A stretch of DNA of 61,230 bases, filler included, from Sphacelaria rigidula (lineage: Eukaryota): NCBI GenBank assembly GCA_964200075.2. It is 10 parts of 10 records of this genome, joined end to end, with 100 filler letters (N's around TTAATTAATTAA, not from the genome) between each part and the next. Parts side by side here need not be neighbours in the genome. Positions count along the whole stretch, not along the records: positions 6,134 to 12,166 come from CAXNAA020022669.1; positions 12,267 to 18,299 come from CAXNAA020022670.1; positions 18,400 to 24,432 come from CAXNAA020022671.1; 7 more parts are not named here. One strand, written 5' to 3'. The position numbers and the translations under genes are program-made. The notes beneath the pieces were generated by a model, which worked only from the letters and a program-made list of their open reading frames with translations, made no database searches and was not told the origin of the DNA. Numbering within the stretch: the stretch's first letter is position 1; every line of letters starts with the position of its first letter. Positions 12,078 to 23,754 of this stretch are shown in pieces.

Positions 12078-12350
12078 GGTGGGGACAAATCATTACGACT
12101 GAAAATCACCAAATCCACGATATCTTCGGCCTGATTGCCCTAAAGGGAGAAAAAAGTTGATCGCTGNNNNNNNNNNNNNNNNNNNNNNNNNNNNNNNNNN
12201 NNNNNNNNNNTTAATTAATTAANNNNNNNNNNNNNNNNNNNNNNNNNNNNNNNNNNNNNNNNNNNNCCAATATTAGGCGCTTCATGCAGCCTGAACCCGA
12301 ACATCAGGCGCTGTATGGCCATTTTTTTCTCGACACTTTTAGCTGGTTTT

Positions 12351-12398
12351 GGGGGGGGTGTACTCATGATCATGCTTGCCATAGTCATCAGACCATTG
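12351..12398 (+). repeat. Short interspersed repeat 'B' (TGTACTCATGATCATGCATGCCATAGTCATAAGACCATTG...), partial copy
   Basis: Near-identical sequence at 36631-36698 (+) and 42932-43038 (-). Its other half is at 30722-30780. Confidence 0.75.
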
Positions 12399-15300
12399 TG
12401 GTTTTGGGGGGGGGGGGGGTATCGTAGAAAGAGTCGTGCGCGTACACAAATGGGCGCTTTAGAAAAGGCATGCCTACATCTCCCAGACCCACGAAGTGTG
12501 GGCGCATGTGGGGTATGGTATGGTATGTTCTCTTTACCAAGCCTGTGTACTGCCGGACTTGCAGTTTATTTGAAATCCTGGCACCTTCAACATGCGATTT
12601 CTTGTCCACCCACTCAACGTGTCGTGAAAGCTGATGATGCGAAATTCGTGGGCATCGTACATGACCAGTCTACAGATGTTCAGTTTGAACTTCTCACAAA
12701 TACCAATCCATACTAATACGTCACGTGTGTTGTTCTTTCCATGGACGGGTAGTCAGATATCAAGTATATACGACTGGTTTCGCAAAGAAGACAACTGCGC
12801 ACGTCGAACGACTCGTTGTTGGTTGTGATTCACGATTGCAACTGGATTCGAGAGCCAGAGACGAGTCAGAGACGATTCCCATGCGAAGGGTGACGACGGC
12901 ACAGAGTCGAGTCCTACGACTAAAATCGAAAGACGAGGGCGACTTATTGAACTACCACGGCTGCTGCCGCGACTCGGAGTTGTAGTCGTTCGACGTGTGT
13001 TGAAATTTCACGCAGTAAGGGGGAAAACGGTACCACGGTAGGGGTGTACAAAACCTTTATCAGGCTCTCCATTTCAGGAACCCCTCAATGAGAACCTTCA
13101 AGGTCCAAGTGTGCAACTTTTGGCCTCAAAAGTTCATCCCTGCCATCGCACTTCCATGGGCCGAGATTGCGAAGCAGGAAGAACAAGTGAAAATACCTGG
13201 ATACAACAACCAAAAATGGCGTCAAGTTGAGTAATGGGTAATGCAATAATAGGAAGAACATGTATCCAGAAATGGGTAGAGGGCATATTGGTCACGTGGG
13301 TAGGGGGATATGTTCCATGGACCGAGATTGCGGAACGGGAAACGAGTGAAAACGCTTGGACACGATACGAAAAACATTGACGAAAAATTGAAGAATGGAT
13401 GTTGATTGAACATGAATGTTTCGAGAATGGGTACGGGGAAATAAGGGAATACACTACTGTTCAGGTGGGCAGGAGAGTATTTTTCTTGGGCCAAGGCTCC
13501 GAAACAGGAGCGAGTGAAAACACTCGGATACAGAACTAAATGTGACTACAGAAAACCCAACAGGACCGCAGCAGAATCGCGGGTTCAGAAACAACTAGCG
13601 AGCTGCTGGAACTCAGGGACGACACAGAGTCACCTCCAAGAACCAAATTCGAAAACTGAGGACGACTCGAACACCGGCGATGACTCAGAGTCGATGATAA
13701 GTACCACGACTAAATTCGAGAATGGTTACCAGTCTTGGTCGGCTACTACGACTAAATCCGAAACATGGCGATGATCAGTTCAACGACTACGATTGCCACC
13801 ACTCAGTCAGAGTCGTCGCCGCTGCGCGTGAGAAAGATTGCCAAAAGCTTCGCTGTCACACGTTTATAGAAGCGGCATTTGTGGATAAACACATGATATC
13901 TTCAGCGACAGTAACCCCATGGGTCCGTGTTGAATACCCAAGGATGTGCATGATGAGGGTGTGAAGGGGTGGCGCTATACCTGCGTGGTAAGCTATAAAG
14001 AGGTCCAACCGAGCCACTGTATCCTTCTTAGATTGAGAAACTCCAAAAATAATTATTGTGTTTGTGCCGCTTTGCCGTGAAATGTACAGTAGCTGCACAA
14101 ACGACAACAAGACACCAATGTGTACGCAAATCTGTACGATATATTATGTACTCACTCTCTTTGCATATGGTCAGGGGGTCCAGGGGGGATAAACACACGA
14201 ATGCAGCATTCCGCGGCTCCAGGTGGAATCGCCCTTACAACACCAGTTCTTCCCGCAAAGTAAATAGGTAAATATGCCATGCCAATGCGGAAAGCCAAGA
14301 AAAAGTCATACATAGAGATAAATGCAGGAACATCATCACCCAGGAGTGTCGAATTCGATCTGTGGGGGAGGGGGGGGGGTGAAGTACTTGAGTGTACAGT
14401 AGTGTTGCAACAGTAACTTACTTGGTTTCAGTGATCACCGGATAACTACTTGGCTTGAGTATTGGGCACACGGTACCTGAGTTTGGTGTGGGGGTCGAAG
14501 CACTTTACATACATGATAGTTGTGTGGCATTGAAAACTACTTGGATCTATCATGACGTTCAAATTTCTTGATTTTACTAGCGTAGTAGCATTTGGGGCAA
14601 CGACAGCACTCAGAACGGTTGATTTTAGCGTAGCAATTGAAGCAAGACACTACATATCACGGAGGCATATGAACATGAGTAGCGCCGGCTGCGGAGGTTC
14701 TTCGCGTGACGGGGGTAATGTCTATCCAAATAGATGGCACCACACGAAAACTAGATAATGACAAACGAAGATGCACATAACAACCCTAAATCCTGGTCTC
14801 GTAGGTACTTATGACCTCAACAGGGGTAGCCGAGCATATGTCAGGCTTAAGCCCTAGACGAATGCAGTCACAGCGCCTTGAAACTTGATTTGTACTGCCC
14901 AGCAATGCCACCAGCGCAACCAGTGGCGTGTACACGTATCCAGTACCCATGCCAATGACTTGAGTGAAAAGTCATTGAAACTGTGGAAGTTGACAGTATC
15001 TACTGGAAGGTACATACTCTCCCACACGAATGCCTCCATAACATGGAAAATGAATAAGACTGATACATTTTCGACTTACGTCACCCCCGGGAGGCCAGTA
15101 CCAGCCTCCCGAAGGGGAACGCTGTATATATATATGTACTGCCGGGAATTAGCTGAGAGGGGTAACTGAGGGTGGGGTTTCCCTATCTCCCACTATGACA
15201 ACCCGTTGGGACAGTCCAAGTGTATGCCCTACCAACGCAAACTACGGTCTACCGGTTCGGGCTCGAGTTAGCAATGAGGACTTGGGTTCGATTGGTTCGG

Positions 15301-17091
15301 TCCTCCAATCACGGCGGCATGAATACGCCTCGTTCCTGGGCGGGGCCAGCCATCGGCATGTATATGTTCCGCCACATACACACCGCGCAGGTGTAACTTC
15401 GTGCAAGCAATGAGATGCCAACGCGTATGTGGGTGTACAGTTTGCTGGGTAAGAGGTGTATCTACGGGTTCGGTAGCCACGGTCGGGTGTTAGGTGTTGC
15501 CTCATCGGGACAAATAGATCAGGATGAAAAAAATCAGGTTGATATGATTATGATTCGTCCCTGCGACACCATCCCCCGAAAAAACGTACTGTGGGATTTT
15601 CTACAACCCGTGTTGGGGCTGTTCCAGAAAAAATAGGTTCGTGGAGGAACGCACATAGCGACCAAAATATGAAACACAGATGCGGAGACGTGACACATAC
15701 CCAAGGGACAACCACACATCAAGCCCTTATCCCCACTGTCCTCAACTAAACAGAGCATGTCTCTACCCATAGCTGTTGATCAGCGAAATGCTATGTCCTC
15801 GGGTGGGAGCAACTATTTTCTAAGTTGACAGAGATCTGATTGTCTGCGTCAGACCCTCGAGACAGAGACACCGACATAGAGCCAACGGCTGCACGTTTTG
15901 GTGACTTTCCTGGCAGGCACAAGGCTACCCCTCCTCTGACACTACTGTAGCACTGTAATAAAACTGAAAGGATTGCCGTGAAACAAAGGTAACTGCCTGT
16001 TGATGAACAAGACCTAGCACCAGACACAGTGCTCTTGGGTGGCGGGTGTCTGTGCGTAGTTGTTTGGGCTCCGTTGCGCCGGTGTGACGAGTTTCAGTTC
16101 CTGCCCTCGTGCTGCCAGGTTCAGAGGTCGAGTTCAGCGCAGTCCTGTTCAGATGCTCATATGGTTCGGACCTAAATCCAGTCCAAGAAACATCAATGCG
16201 GGAAAGAAACATGTGGTCTGGATAGGAGTCAACGCTGGTCGACGTGGAGAAAATCACGCTCCAACGTGGTTCGTTTCTGAGCATGTGTCATGGATTAATT
16301 GGTAGGGTGTCGTGTCTGCCATAACTTTCTTTTTGAGCCACCCAATTGTATCGCGTGTTTTATAACTTTGCGCCGCCGTCGTCTTGCTCTGTAGAGCTGC
16401 ACGATTTTTCATTTCATGTTTTGGTAATTTTGTTTTGTGTTTGGCAATCGTGATGTTTTTCTTTTGACCGGGCGGGGTGTAGGCTATCTGCAGGACCTTG
16501 TCTGTTGCGCTGCCTGTACTCGTCATGCTTGAGCAGGATTCCGCTGGTAATCGTTTCATCTATCTGGTTCGCAAGGCCGAAACGCCGAATTTACCGCCCG
16601 GCACACGACATTTCGATCTGCGTCACGTGGTATAAAACCGAGCCATATTTTCATGTACCCCAAGACTTCCAACGTATACTAACCACGCCCTCTATTACTT
16701 CCGCCCTTGTTTCACCCACACTCTTGTCCTGGGTGTGTCGCATCCCGATGAGGGAACCGGCGCTAAACGTCATTGCGTTGGGGAGGACACGCAGGAAACA
16801 CTGAACGGTTTGCCAATGACGGTATGTTCCCGCGTGGAGTGTCCGCACTTTGGTTTGGTTTACGTAATCCCGGGTACCTTTTCATAGCATTTTGGTACCA
16901 GGGTCATTACCTTGGTGCCACTAAATAGGATCCCCATTTTTATCCCACTCTGGTGATCGATTGTATAAGTTTTTTATTTAACAGGTTGACTTCTTGACGC
17001 ACCCTGTACCGTAGTTGACTACTACCTTGTCCCTTGCTGATACCGTAGTTTTATACTACTTTGTTCAGGTGCTTTAAACTTGGCTTTCGAC

Positions 17092-17319
17092 ACCATGCAA
17101 CCACAAATATTGTCGTGCAATGTCTTGTCATTACTTATGCAGTACGCAGACTTAGTTGCCCTGCTTTATCTTTTTGCCCTTCATGTCTAGCGTACCATGC
17201 AAGGTGACTGCCAAATATTTTCGTGCAATGTCTTGTCATTACTTATGCAGTACGCAGACTTAGTCGCCCTGCTTTGTCTTTTTGCCCTTCATGTCTAGCG
17301 TACCATGCAAGGTGACTGC
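17092..17319. repeat. 108-bp tandem duplication
   Basis: caaatatt.tcgtgcaatgtcttgtcattacttatgcagtacgcagacttag... starts at 17104 and again at 17212, with few differences. Confidence 0.9.
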
Positions 17320-20300
17320 GCAACTACATACCGTGTCTTTGACATTTCCTACAGACCCTACATACGGTTTTCAGACACTCATTCCGCAGATGTGGTCCCT
17401 GAACCCCCTCGGGGGGGGCGAAGCACGAGTTCCATATGTTTTGCTGGTTGTTGTCTTGCGTGCACACCCTTTGCCACAAAACAACGCGGCTTCCCACCAT
17501 GAGAACACCTCATGATCAGAAAAGAAATGCACAAGCTTCTTGACCGAGGTGTTGCTCACCTGACTTTCCCCGGCAAAGTTTGTCGACTACACGATTTTAT
17601 GTTCAGTAAAATTCGCTAAGTTCGCCAAATATATCTATACTGCAGGGTATCACAGGTTCCTTAGCCTGTTAATCGATAATACCGGCATACAAACAGCCCC
17701 CTCCAAATGCAACGCAATTGCTCAGACGTCGCGTCCATACAATAAAAATACTACGTTCGTTTCTAAAAGCCACCAGGTACCTCGGACAGTTTGTCCAGGA
17801 GCGTAGCATTCTAGTCGCCCTGCTGACTCATATTCTAAAGAGGTAGGAAAGCCAACAGTATTGCTGCACGATGGAGGTAAACGCGCGCTCTCCTTTTGCT
17901 GTCAAACTCTTGTGCCGTACACCTGCAGCAAGACTTCACCACCACAATCCGGTCGTCTCATGGTGGCTCAGCTAGGATATGACATACGAACTAGACTCTC
18001 GCACAATGAGCATCAATGTACAACTCATACGTGTGAGGGCATGTTTCTTGCCATTTCTGTGCTTTGTCTCGGTATATTTAGTACAACGTACCTCATTATT
18101 ATATTTTTACTCAGCATTGCTTACCTATTATATTTTCGCCATGATTATGTCTACAGTTTCACAGGATTCGAGAACCTAGGGGGACGGCTGCTGAACAGGT
18201 TACAGAATTGTACAAATCTTGGTCCCAGGAGTCATCCTACGATAGGGGGGGGGTATTTTGGGCCATTTGTTGCTCTAAATTTCGAGTCAGATCGTCGTTN
18301 NNNNNNNNNNNNNNNNNNNNNNNNNNNNNNNNNNNNNNNNNNNTTAATTAATTAANNNNNNNNNNNNNNNNNNNNNNNNNNNNNNNNNNNNNNNNNNNNG
18401 GAGAAAGTACTGTTTTGGGCTCGAACCTCATTTCATTGATGAACCTCATTTTATAGAATCCTTTGTTTCTTGTGGTCTGAGGGAAAGTGGGCGCTTTGGA
18501 TCCGTCCACACGTGCAACGATACTGCGAAACAGCAATACCAAGCTTTCCTGACATGGGGATACCGCAATCAGTACAGAACAGAACAGAAGTTGTTGACGT
18601 TTGAACGTTCTTATTAGAAAGCAACATTAAACGGTTTGCAGGTTGGAAAACGCGGAATTTCATAGAGATAACCTATTTTTTTCCCCGCGAGTGTCACATG
18701 CCATTGCAAAACATCTATCGCCCTCCTTTTATACCTGGCGGGAGAACAGGGGAGCCACAGTTCCTTAGACCGAGAGAGTCATTTCAATCATGGTTATGTA
18801 GTTGGGAAAACCGAACTGTTTTGTTTCTACGGAGGATGCGAAATTTGGTACATGTTGCTACGCCGGGCGACCTATGTGCAGACGCACGCCAGTCCAGTAG
18901 AGCGACGAAAGCTAGCTATGATCGGGTCTGCCTGCCGTACCGCCGCCAGCGTTGCTTGAAAGCCACAATACATTTGCGGTTGGCGGTTGATGGCGTGGGT
19001 GTCAAATGCAACGACACACGTAGTTGATCATAGAGCGCCCTTGTACTTCGTGGGTTCATATCTCGCCCCAGGTGGTAATGCGTGACCTCGTCACATCGGG
19101 ATCAATTCTTGAAAGCTACTGTACCGAGGTGTTCACGCAGCCAACGCGTGCTCCAGATTGCAGCATGGACGCATCCCTCTGCACCACGCTCGCAACGGTT
19201 AGATCACTGCCATAGGTATTTTTTTTCACTCTGCATGTCAAGAAGGTCCCCACAAGTGTTTGATGACTCATACAATCTTCGCCCAACTGGCATCTCGCAC
19301 GCTCTTCTTGTCGTTGGGCACCCAGAGGGTCGCTCACATACACGTCGGGTAAATCAACGATGAATAACACACCCCAAGTTCAAATTGGATATATATATGT
19401 TGTTTTCGCCGCACCACCGCCCTTGCTGGCATGTGCGTGACAGAGAACAGTAGTAGCGGTGACGGGAACATTGCCCTATTTTTCAACGACGTGTTTTTCC
19501 GCGTACAGAGGCGCGTCCTGTCCAAAAAGAGAGGCAGAGATAAAACCATCTTCGCATTGGCCACAGGCAAGAAGAGACGGAATCTCTCCGCACGTCGATG
19601 TTCTGGCAATGGAAAATTGGGCATATTCTGGTAACATCGATGATGCCAGTCTCTCGAGCGATTGGTAATCGCCGAGCGAGGACACACAAAGAACACAGGC
19701 GAGGAGCTTGCTCTCTGTCTTTGCTTCTCTCTCTGGTGAGTCGTCCTCGACACGCGTGCACACCGCATTCGTGAGGTGCACCTAGCCACAGTTGCTTAAC
19801 TGCTGCGGACATTTGGAGGGGAGGATGGCTTCGCTCGGTCGTAAGTGTTTCGCGTCATCCCTGCAAAAACGAAATGTCACTTCAACCTCATTTTTGAGAT
19901 GGGCTCCATTTTTCAGCATTTGCCGTCATGCGATGAGCGTGCGCAATATATATTGGAAAAATAATGGTTTTGTATGGTTTGCGCTCAATGTATATTATGT
20001 CAGCAATATGTTCCGCATCACTGCGACTCAACATATCTTGAAACTTCAATTCATACACGGCCGACATGCACAATATGTACTGAGTGTTTTGTTTCCGGAG
20101 CAAATGAATATCCAACATATAGACACAGGGAAGATATGTTGTTGCTTCAATATCTCCGAGGACATCCCAACACAATATATACTGAGAGGACAGTATTTGC
20201 ACTGTCTCCAATACAAAGTATTGGTGTCATATAGGAACATATTGCATTGTCCAGGGTATGAGCAACACAGAACCGGTGACCACAGGGGCACCAAAAGACG

Positions 20301-22680
20301 CATATCGACCCTTCTGTCCTCGTGATGTTTACCGAAGATGTACTACATGCTGTGAAGGGGAAGGGCGACCCCGCACCGGTGACCAGATACGTATCAGAAG
20401 GCGTGTATAGCGGATCACCTCTTCTGCCACCATATTTTCTGACCGGTATATATATATATATATATCAAACGAATTCGACAGTAGCAACGCACGCGAACTT
20501 CTTCCACTCCCCTTCGAAGCGTTTCCCAATCAGTGTCATTCCTTTTCAATGTTATGTAGGCGGTGTTTTTGCAGGTTAGACGCCGAGAAAATCCGCACCT
20601 CGCTGGAAATGATGCCGAAACTTCGAAGATGTGTTGATTGGTACTATAGCAAGGTGTCGTAGCCGTAGCCGTGGCTGTACAATTTCATGAAGCTAGGAGG
20701 CGTTTATGATCAAATCTGGAATTCTATAGTTGCGGGTCTGATCAAGCTTGACTAGGCCGGATGTGAGACTGATAAAAGGTACAGGCATGGGTCCTTGAGC
20801 CCTTCCGCCGTACTCGCCCGGGTGGAGTTGACTCTTAAGCAATTGCTATAGCCGGAGAGCAGCTAAGAGAGCATTGAAAGGAGCGATAACGAATACGAGT
20901 GCACAAGAGTCTTTTGTATCAAGTGGGTATAGCTTACCGCGTGAAGCTATTGTAGTGTGAGCTGATTTCGGATATAACCTGATCCTTGTCAGTGCCAGGA
21001 GATCAGCCGGCATCTGACCTGACCAGCTTGCACAAGAGAGTGTATTCCGCCTAACATTATAACATTTGGCGTTCAACTTGGAGTATCTGCTTGCTTGATA
21101 GCTTGTTTTTCCTTTCTAGAGTAAGGCAGTTGTTTGATTATTTACTGCCTGTACTGCCCTCTACTTGATGTTTCCCCATTTGCTGTAGCTTGTTTCGCAA
21201 TTTTGTTTACGTGAGTCGTTTGCTTTTCATTTGCTTGGTTGACTTTTGCAGTAGCCTACGGTACCGTACACGTGCACCCCTAGTCGCCCCAACGCAGAGT
21301 TCTCCGCTGTTCGTTCCGTGCAGCGATTTTCTGCAGCACGCTTTCACTTGAATCGCGTTTTACACGCGCTGCTTCTACTGCGTTCGCACTATCTCCTCTG
21401 CGACCTTTTTTTTAGCCGCGCAATATTGCTGTATTGGCCACCCGACTGTGAACCTGTACTGTGCTGCTTTTTCTTGGTACCAGAAATCTATTTGCCCCAT
21501 TCTGTTCCGCAGATATCTATTGTTTTTGGCAGATATCCCCGAATCTGCTCCACTTTTCCCATCCCATCTGCCGACTTCAGTGAAGCACACTGTAAGACCG
21601 CAGGCGACATCTGCACGAAGTTGTCATGAATTCATCCCCCTGCACTTCCCCCCCCCCACACGTATTTCCTCTTTTTTGGGCGGCGCACAGCTGTCCTTAC
21701 AAGCTGACGAATTGTTATTGTTTCTTGCCGCTATTTCAGTAGCGTGCGGCGTTGAAACTCGGCGATCGTGGTCAATCACGTACATTTTGACCCTGGCAGT
21801 TCAACTTTGTCTACTGCCTCCGCCGCATTCTGCGGGGTGTTCCGCTGGACCACTTGTAATTATCCCGCACCCACCTTGGCTGCACTATTACAGGCTATCT
21901 TACCGATTCTTATACCACTTTTCGGTTTCAAGTTGTGTTCCAATCAGACCTAGTGCTTGCCTCTTCTTGGTACTCTGCCCCTGTATTGTGACTATTTCAT
22001 ATCCTCTCGCACATTCGTGATTTATAAAAAAAACTGCATAAATAAAAAAGCAAAAATGTATTAACATAGAAAATAAATAAAAATGTTAAAAGTAATAAAT
22101 AAATTATAAATAAATATGTAAATCACGCATTGGCTTTCGCTTTTCGCTCTGGGTTCTCTGAACGTATCGCTTTGTAGACGCTGTATACGCTTCACCTATG
22201 TCGCAACGTATCACCACCGCTTCTTCCGCCAACACAGGAGCTAAGCCGCCCCGCCGTACGAGGAGCCAAACTAAGGGATCTTCTAGTTTTTCCGGACCCG
22301 ATGTTGATTCTTCTTCAGCCTTACGGAAACCAGCCTCGAGCGCTGCTCGATCCATCGGTTTTGAGGACCAGCCCGTGCAGTTCTCATCGCCCCCTCCCAG
22401 CTCCGATTCCGATTATAGCTCGGATTCTCGTACCCTTCCGACCCTCCCTCATCATCCCATCCGTGACCACTCCTCGCAGACACGCTCTGTGCCCCAACCC
22501 TTCACGACGCCGGTGGCACCCGTCGTAGCACACACCCCGTCGGACGCAGCTGTCGACACTGGACCCACCTTGACACACCCTGTGTCCCACCCCCCAACCA
22601 CGCTATCCGTCTCGAAAGGGATGCGTGGTCAATGGTCAAACGACTGAGGCAAGCAACAAATGAGTACGCCCACCCCCCAC

Positions 22681-22797
22681 CCCCAACCACGCTGGTGTTA
22701 CTCGTGGCCCCAACCCAACCCCCAACCACGCTGGTGGCGCCCGTGGTCCCTACCCAACTCCCAACCACGCTGGTGGCACCCGTGGTCCCTACCCCAC
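22681..22797 (+). repeat. 3 x 39-bp tandem repeat (PTTLVAPVVPTQx) in a Pro/Thr/Ser-rich disrupted ORF region (22198-22973)
   Basis: Units ccccaaccacgctggtggc.cccgtggtccctacccaac start at 22681, 22720 and 22759. Confidence 0.85.
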
Positions 22798-23010
22798 CCT
22801 CTGACTCCACTACCAGTACGGATCTCGTCGTACAAGCTACCGTTCCGTCGTGCAGGTGGCACCCACGTCCGGACCCCCAACTGCTGGCGCTACTGCCCGC
22901 GCTGCGCTGCTGGCACACACTTTGTCAACATCCGCGGCTACGTTTCATGCCCCGGATGATCATGATTTGTTGACAAATGTTTTGTGACTTCTGATTTGCC
23001 CAACGACAAT

Positions 23011-23172
23011 TGCCGAGATAGCCCCCCCACAAAAGTGCACCGGAAACCGTCTGACAAACCGGCTGCGATCCAACTAGTGGGATCGTTTGCAGCAATTTCG
23101 CTCAGATAAGGCATTTATGATCATCGCCTCCGTGCACGTTTTTGGCCGGTTCGAGGGGGGGCTATCTCGGCA
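23011..23172. mobile_element. 162-bp MITE-like element with perfect 18-bp TIRs
   Basis: tgccgagatagccccccc (23011-23028) pairs with gggggggctatctcggca (23155-23172). The inner aaaagtgcac / gtgcacgtttt also pair. Flanks acaat / gcagt are only partly alike. Confidence 0.7.
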
Positions 23173-23484
23173 GCAGTCCAACTCAGGACACCCGTCTTCG
23201 GCCCCAGCGGCTGCTTCTGGCACATATCTGGAAGCAGCCCCTGTGCCAGATGTTAGTATAGCCACAACACTGCAAGTTCTATGCAATACCTTGCTCCGCT
23301 CTCGTTGGGCTTTCGCCGACATACAAGCAGCCCACAGTGCCCAGCCCCGCCAAACCGCGCCCACTCCCACCGGACCTCGGCTTTCACCCACACCACCACG
23401 CCTGTTCCTTGATGCGTGACCCCTACACAGGGACAGCTAGACACGACTGATGAAGTCGATCAAAGGACACGGCTGAGCCGATCA

Positions 23485-23754
23485 TGTTATTGTAGAAGAG
23501 TAGTGTTACATAGTATGACGAAGCAAGTCAAGGAAGGAAAAGAAGGAAGAGAACGAAGTGAACTCGTGTGGCTACCACCCAACACCGTGGTAAGCGGAGC
23601 TCCCAGACATTGCGTACGTGAGTACAAGTCATACGTCTATTATGGTATCAAATCCCACGGCACGTAACTGTCAATACCAGTAAAGACAGGTACCTCTGTA
23701 CCGTGGCTTGTCAGTACTGTAGACAACACTAAAAAAAGGCTGTTCACCTCAACA
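23485..23754 (-). repeat. 3' LTR (TGTT...AACA, 270 bp) with PPT; the element continues toward the contig end
   Basis: Minus strand reads CAAGGGGGG|TGTTGAGGTG...CTACAATAACA. No second LTR or pol lies in the contig, so the family cannot be assigned. Confidence 0.6.

Noticed and set aside
16127..16305. Tc1/IS630 transposase remnant (SYGSDLNPVQE vs YSPDLNPIE)
   Set aside because: Single short motif, an in-frame stop, and no other DDE motifs or TIRs seen.
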